Part shown: piece by piece, positions 46,717 through 52,439 of the stretch | Position numbering within the stretch: the first letter of the stretch is position 1 | Layout of the letters: each line of letters begins with the position of its first letter | Assembly (NCBI RefSeq): GCF_001949145.1 | Contig: NW_019091356.1 | Span: 344,851 to 397,289, forward strand | DNA: 52,439 nt | Origin: Acanthaster planci | Lineage: Eukaryota | Direction of reading: 5' to 3' | Notes under the pieces: generated by a model | The model's database searches: none | Seen by the model: the letters and a program-made list of their open reading frames with translations, nothing else | Told to the model about the DNA's origin: nothing | Position numbers and translations under genes: made by a program

Positions 46717-49700
46717 GAAGGCATTGGAGCAACAAGACACGCAAACAAAACAGGTAATAAAACATTAAAAAATTAATGTAGTTCAATAAATTACAGTTGC
46801 ATGTTAGCTTCAAGACAGACGTAACCAGGAAATAGAGTACATACTGTGTACCAGGATCGAAGTTTGCCTTGCCTTGTAGACCAAGGGCTGCAGTTGCATT
46901 AGGTTATAAAGAATAATAAAATCTGCATGTATGGTCGCTTTCACTGCAAAGATGGCGCTATAGAAAGGGAAACAAACTCCTTGAAAATTTCAACTCATTT
47001 GGTTTATATCATCGCCGCGTCAGCTGCCTAGAAATGAAAACTGCTTTGCACACAATGGCCGGAAGACCATGAACTGTAATACATTTAAACAATCTCGCAA
47101 CTTATCCCATGATTATCCTACCTGTATCAGCGATCAGACGGCACGTCAGTATTTTCAATCAGCCCGTTATTCGTAAAGTATACCTACTGCACATTGCATA
47201 ACCTTTCCACCTTTTTATATCCACTTTAGCCAACTTACCTTCACTTCAGTTTCTATCATGGCCACTTCTTTACATCTGAATGCCACATTTTCCAGTTCCA
47301 TTCCCTAACGAATTCCGTCTTGTTAGTAGTGATGCTGGCCATTATACACACCGACTTGTGTAGCACAACTCATGCAAATGCCCATCTCCACCCTTGCGTG
47401 ACCGACTATGCCTCGTCAAAAGGTGTATTTTTATTCAAAATGCCTGAGCACACCTTTTAAATGCTAAATGTGGGTGTATACCTTGAATCACAATCGTTCG
47501 ATCTTTCTGTCTGCAACGAACGTGTTTCACATAGATTTTGACCCGTCGACTCAACAGTGGATCGAGAAATATCGTGGTGGCGCATAACAAGCGAGCAGGA
47601 TGGATGAACGACCATAAGCGTATTTTATAGCTTTTCATATCATGAAAAAACTGAGTGCATTTTCACAAACCAGTATATTTTGTATAAGAACAAAGATAAG
47701 ATTTCCATAATCTTTAGTAAGTAGAGGATACAGTTCGGTGCTGGTAGGCAAATAAACATAAAAGTTTATTCCAATTTAATGATTACAACAATATGAAGTT
47801 CAACAACTAAATAAACAAAACAACGTTCAAGCAAACCCAAGGTTCCAATAAAAGTTAGACAATAGCCCAGATGCTTCATTTTTTCATTTTTTAATAATGC
47901 CTTCAAAATACACTTGTTTGACTAGATCAAGGATTTTTTAAATGTTGTTCGCGTGAATTTTTGTGGCAACGCAGTCGATATAACTATTCATAAACCTTGG
48001 CAATAATCAATAACACAGCATTTTCGTATCGACATCTCCAACACAAAATTTAAACCTGTTCCCCTGATATTTTCCCAATACAAAGGTACAGTGGACTCCG
48101 TATGCGTACTATACAGTGCTAACTACTAAGTCTGTGTAGCATTGAGTAACCTCCAGCCGATTATAACCAAATCAAACATACCGGTGGAACTCGGCACGGG
48201 AATTCTTTCAGCCTCTGTGTCCGTTTCTGTCCGGTTTTGCTATGATACTGTGTTCTTCAAACCAATGCTCCTATCCTTTCTTGACTAAGTCCCCCAAATC
48301 AAACCACGAGCGCCCATTGCCAGACACGCAGTAAGTTCCCTCTCGACCACGTAATACGTCCACCTGTTGTCAGGGCAGTGCACTTGCTGCATGAGATCAT
48401 GAAGTGCGTTGTTATAATGGGGCCCACTTGAACTTTACCACCGCCAGCTACCATACCCAACCTTATGCTGATTCTCACGCATGACTTTTTACAGGAGCGT
48501 CTGCGTATCTGTTGCCTGCGTAGTATTACGCCTATTAGCCATGCGTGTCATGCATAGACAATTATTCCAAAGTTTAATGTATTCAACCGAAAGCTATTTG
48601 TCCAATGATGCATATGCTTTCTTCCCCACAATAAATGTTTTTGCCAGGGGCATGCAACCCAATCAACGGGAAACTTTACAATACGGTGAACAAGAATAAC
48701 CTTTGTTACTCTCTAGATTATTTGTAGTTTAAGTTTAGGATGGGCTGCTAGACGATGATTTATGAAAGGCAAGTTTTGAACCAGTTTTGTAATACTCAGA
48801 CGTTTTTCTCACTATTTACTTTACTTATAAGTATCTGCGGGCATTGAACATCTTTTTTATTATAAGCGTGCTGTAATCGCTCGGTCTACTTGCAAAGAAA
48901 ATCTCTGCGTGCAGAATACGTATTTTTATCAGTAGAGGGCGTAATAATTGTAGACTGACAGCTGACTGGTTATAACATAGGTCAGTCTCCCTTCGTATCA
49001 AGAATGCCAGCATATGACCATCTACTGCAAAAATAAAATTAACTTAATGCCAGCATTCCGATCCCCTTCTATTTTTAGATGCAGTGGTCGCATGTCCGTT
49101 AATTTTTACAACACATTATAATCAACGTTGTGCAAAAGTGAAGATCAACGTGCCAAAAAATAAAAACTGTTTAGGGACTACTTTTGATTTGTGATTCATG
49201 TTAGCGAATCTGGAAAAAGGAGCAATTCATGAACGCCCATTATTAGTGGATATTGACGACACTATCCGAAAGTCAACGGAATGGGTTCGGACAGTATTTG
49301 CTGGTTTGGACAATTTCGGAAATGGGAGGTATTCCGTTTCAGTGTTGCCTGACAGTGGCAGCTTACAGGCTTGGCTTGGCTTAGCTTGGCTTCGTCACAT
49401 CTTGTCGAAGCTTCCCGTTTAGAAACAAACATACTATTAAACATAAATGAAATAAAGTCTACGTTTTAATAATTTCCTCCCTCCCATTGGGACACCTGTA
49501 GAAGGAGGTGGGCCACCCTGTAGAAAGGCGGAGTGGGTCGACAGTAAACGGAGGTGAGCGGGGCCACGTGCGCTACCGCCCACAAAATCCCTGACATGCA
49601 GTGTTCTTGAGCCAGTAGCGAAATCCTTACTGTAAATCTAGAACTGAAATTACAACATTACCAGCGCATGGACAACAGTCACTATTACCTTTTGAAAATA

Positions 49701-50140
49701 AGATTATCCCAGGGGAAAAAGGCATTGAAAGCTACAGGAAATTGGGATTTTGAAGACGAAGGGCATTGTGAGAAATATGATATGGGATAAAAATAAATCA
49801 ATCGAAACTTATTGCTTTGATATTCATGAATATTCAGCTCATATCCCTGCCAAAAATTATGAATAATGTTTTCATTATTACCACACGGATAGGTGGCCTT
49901 TTATCTGCATGCAGTGTAAAAATTAGACTGATAGTATAATTGCGATAATCTGTAGTGAGCAAATATATGGATTTCATATCAGCTAATGGCTAATCCTGCC
50001 GATAATTAAGTGAGCAAGCGTATGTTGTACTTTGACTGAGTAAAAACAAAGACGGCACCAGGTCATCGAGGCATGGTGCGAACAACGCTTTGTCTCTGTA
50101 TCTTCTGAGTCTGCCTGTGGCCTTCCAAACCGTTTCAGAG

Positions 50141-52439
50141 ATGTTGAAGAGTCTGGTCCTAACTGTATGGATCGTATGGATCGTGTTGCTAAATACGGTA
50201 AGTCCGAGACAAATTTGAAATTGGAATAGTTTACACAACTTACTTTTATGAGCATTTGTGCTCATTGGGATGTTATGTATTTCTGCATCTCAGTAAATAA
50301 ACATTTACTGCATGGTTCATACTCAATACTCCGGCTGTAAGGCTGTTGACTTTCCAAACAGACTCAGTGTGTTCTCCGAAAACTATTACATTAACAATTA
50401 ATCCAAGCAATCCATTGGGAATGTTGAGAATTTGGACGAGGTAGTTGTGGTTAAGGTGACGATGTCAGTTTTCAGTTTTCATCTTTGTTAACCACATACT
50501 GCAGTTATGTCAATAAGTTCATCAATCTCGGAAATGATTTTAAGATAGGATTTCCCGGTTAATTTAGCACATTCATTCATTTGAAATTGCTATTTAAACG
50601 AAAGTTTAATTTCATCAAAGACGGGTCACTTGCCCCAAATGTTGATTCCATTTCGTAATAACACCACTAGATTCACTTCCAGAAGTTGGCTGAAGTTTCT
50701 CACAGCTTTCCCTGGGATGAGGCCAAATTTTTCTCGCTCTTCTCTCGGTAGTCTTCTTGCTGATTTCCACATAACAGTCCTCGTAGCCATTTCGGCTACC
50801 TTGACGCAACCAGTTATTGCCTAAGTTTAAAATAACGGTTAGTCACAGTTATCGGTGTTGTCCTAGCGACAGTCAACAAATAAATAAGTCTAATCTACAT
50901 TAATGTTGGGATGCAAGTCTACTGTTTGTTGCTACTCTACGTTAGTCTCCTTGTGATGCGTCCCTTATTCAAGCACATCGTTTGTCTGCGCTAATCAGCT
51001 GTACGCATCTCATAAGCAAGCACTGTTCGGTTAAAGGGAAATCATGGTTTATATTAGCTCAAATGAGTTGCAGTACAAATAAATCATAACAATGCAAATT
51101 ACAAATCTGCACTAAACAGTTTGTGCCTGTAACTAAATCTTACAATTAAATCTATTAAATCTCATGATTCAAAAGCTACCCCATAAGTTATGCTAAACGC
51201 AATCGTTCCCTCCGAGTCCTACGTATATACCAAACACATAGATATCGGGATTAGACTTTTATTGCTCTACGTCGCGGACATTTATTACCCTTTCCGATAA
51301 CAAACCAAAAATTCAGTGCCAGACACTGAGGCATCGAAGGAAAAAATCCAGGAAAAGCTATTTTCACTCCTGCTGTAGGTTATATTTTCTCAGAGCATAC
51401 TTCTGCCGAAGTGAACATCCCAAAAGGGATCTCTGTAATGGCAACGTTTCATTTGAATAAAAACTGTTTATTCGAAACAATAAGATCTAAATTTCCTAGG
51501 TCATTTTACTGTGATACGAACCAATAATATTAGCCCGCTTCTTATCGCCCATGCTACCATGAATTTGTTTTTGTTGTTAGAAACGATGCATGGCAACCAA
51601 AAAACATTCGTCGGTGTATGTCTAAGTCCACAAATCTTCCTTCAAAGTTTTACGGATTAGTGTAACTGCGGCTTTGTTCTCCTGACTTTAGATTCCAGAA
51701 TCTGTTGATGGTGACGTTACACTGGAGATGTTGCTCACTACGTATACTGGGAACGATCGAGACTTTGACAATAATTGCTGTGATTTCTGCGGTTTCTTCA
51801 ATGGCGATTCCTGTGACATCAGCTTCGATATCTCTATCAACAATATGGGGTAATGGTCTTCCCTATTTAGGAAGAGGAATTACAGGATGGCTCCAGATGG
51901 GAATGGGGTTGATGAAACAACCTCATCGAGCCAGTCTCAAACCTCTATCACAAAATAGTAAATACTTCTTCCCTGACAATTTTACACGTCTTCGTCTTTG
52001 TTTAGCGGCACCCCAATCTACGTTTTGTCTACGGGTCTCATACAAAACGATGCTGAGTCCGTCACGTTTGGCTCTGTGGTTGGTACATCACCCAATCCTA
52101 TACAGATGACATTCTCCTCTTGGCCGGTAAGTAAGGGGATATCAGAAGACAAATGTTTGGATTTCCTTCCATAAGAAGTCAGAAATTACACACACACACA
52201 CAATACCATCCAACTGTCCACCAGCACAAGTTTTCATCATTCGAACCCTAAAAGCATCTACGTGTAGCTTTTTTGAAAATATCCACATATCTGAACTGTT
52301 ACGATTGTTTTCTTCGTACATTCAACGTTACAGTGGAGGGTGAAGATGGTGCTTGACGTTTACGATGACGACTCCATTAATGTGATCGGAGGCCAACCAG
52401 AATTAGTTGATACCTACGAGACGACAATCACTCATGTCC
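50141..52439 (+). CDS. Secreted or membrane protein with divergent Notch-ligand N-terminal C2 (MNNL) domain; Delta-like, 3'-partial
   Basis: Exons 50141-50197 (signal peptide MLKSLVLTVWIVWIVLLNT), 51692-51849 (IPESVDGDVTLEMLLTTYTGNDRDFDNNCCDFCGFFNGDSCDISFDISINNMG), 52006-52126 (GTPIYVLSTGLIQNDAESVTFGSVVGTSPNPIQMTFSSWP) and 52334 to the window end (WRVKMVLDVYDDDSINVIGGQPELVDTYETTITHV) join in frame. The LE.L..Y, CCD..CD, NPI...F..WP and L.V.D.D...LVD pattern matches the Delta/Serrate C2 domain. The gene is absent from the supplied ORF track. Confidence 0.8.

Noticed and set aside
50615..50824. Opposite-strand 64-aa ORFs in intron 1 of the Delta-like gene as possible retroelement remnants
   Set aside because: No reverse transcriptase, endonuclease or transposase motifs recognised in the frames examined.
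51705..52109. 134-aa ORF from the supplied track
   Set aside because: Wrong frame. It overlaps the real Delta-like exons, which are read in other frames and separated by an intron.
1..52439. CRISPR arrays, tRNA/rRNA genes, prokaryotic operons or autonomous transposase ORFs
   Set aside because: None seen. There are no regularly spaced repeats, and all long ORFs are exons of spliced host genes.

Overview
Eukaryotic, intron-rich, AT-rich genomic DNA from a metazoan invertebrate. An echinoderm or similar marine invertebrate is plausible from the repeat content, but this cannot be proven from the sequence. Seven spliced protein-coding genes were assembled by hand with GT-AG introns and consistent phases: (1) a short MEGF/SCARF/Draper-like single-pass receptor (+, 87-4390); (2) methionine synthase reductase MTRR (-, 5642-11472); (3) FMC1/C7orf55 (+, 13840-14897); (4) cyclin H (+, 16471-21559); (5) an 18-exon PLP-dependent class-V aminotransferase/cysteine-desulfurase-like gene (+, 25798-39528) ending in a polybasic tract plus CaaX box; (6) an MFSD6-like transporter (-, 41747-44724); (7) the 5' part of a gene encoding a signal peptide plus a divergent Notch-ligand-type C2 (MNNL) domain (+, 50141 to the window end). 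Non-coding DNA holds several non-autonomous DNA transposons (hAT-, PIF/Harbinger- and Sola-like), a Penelope-like inverted remnant, perfect hairpins and a candidate C/D box snoRNA. The most interesting leads are the apparently prenylated desulfurase-like enzyme, the two-EGF receptor with a motif-dense adaptor-like tail, the atypical Delta-like C2 protein and a fold-back MITE in the MFSD6 3' UTR. Most short ORFs in the supplied track are spurious or are exon fragments. All homology calls rest on recalled family motifs; no searches were run.
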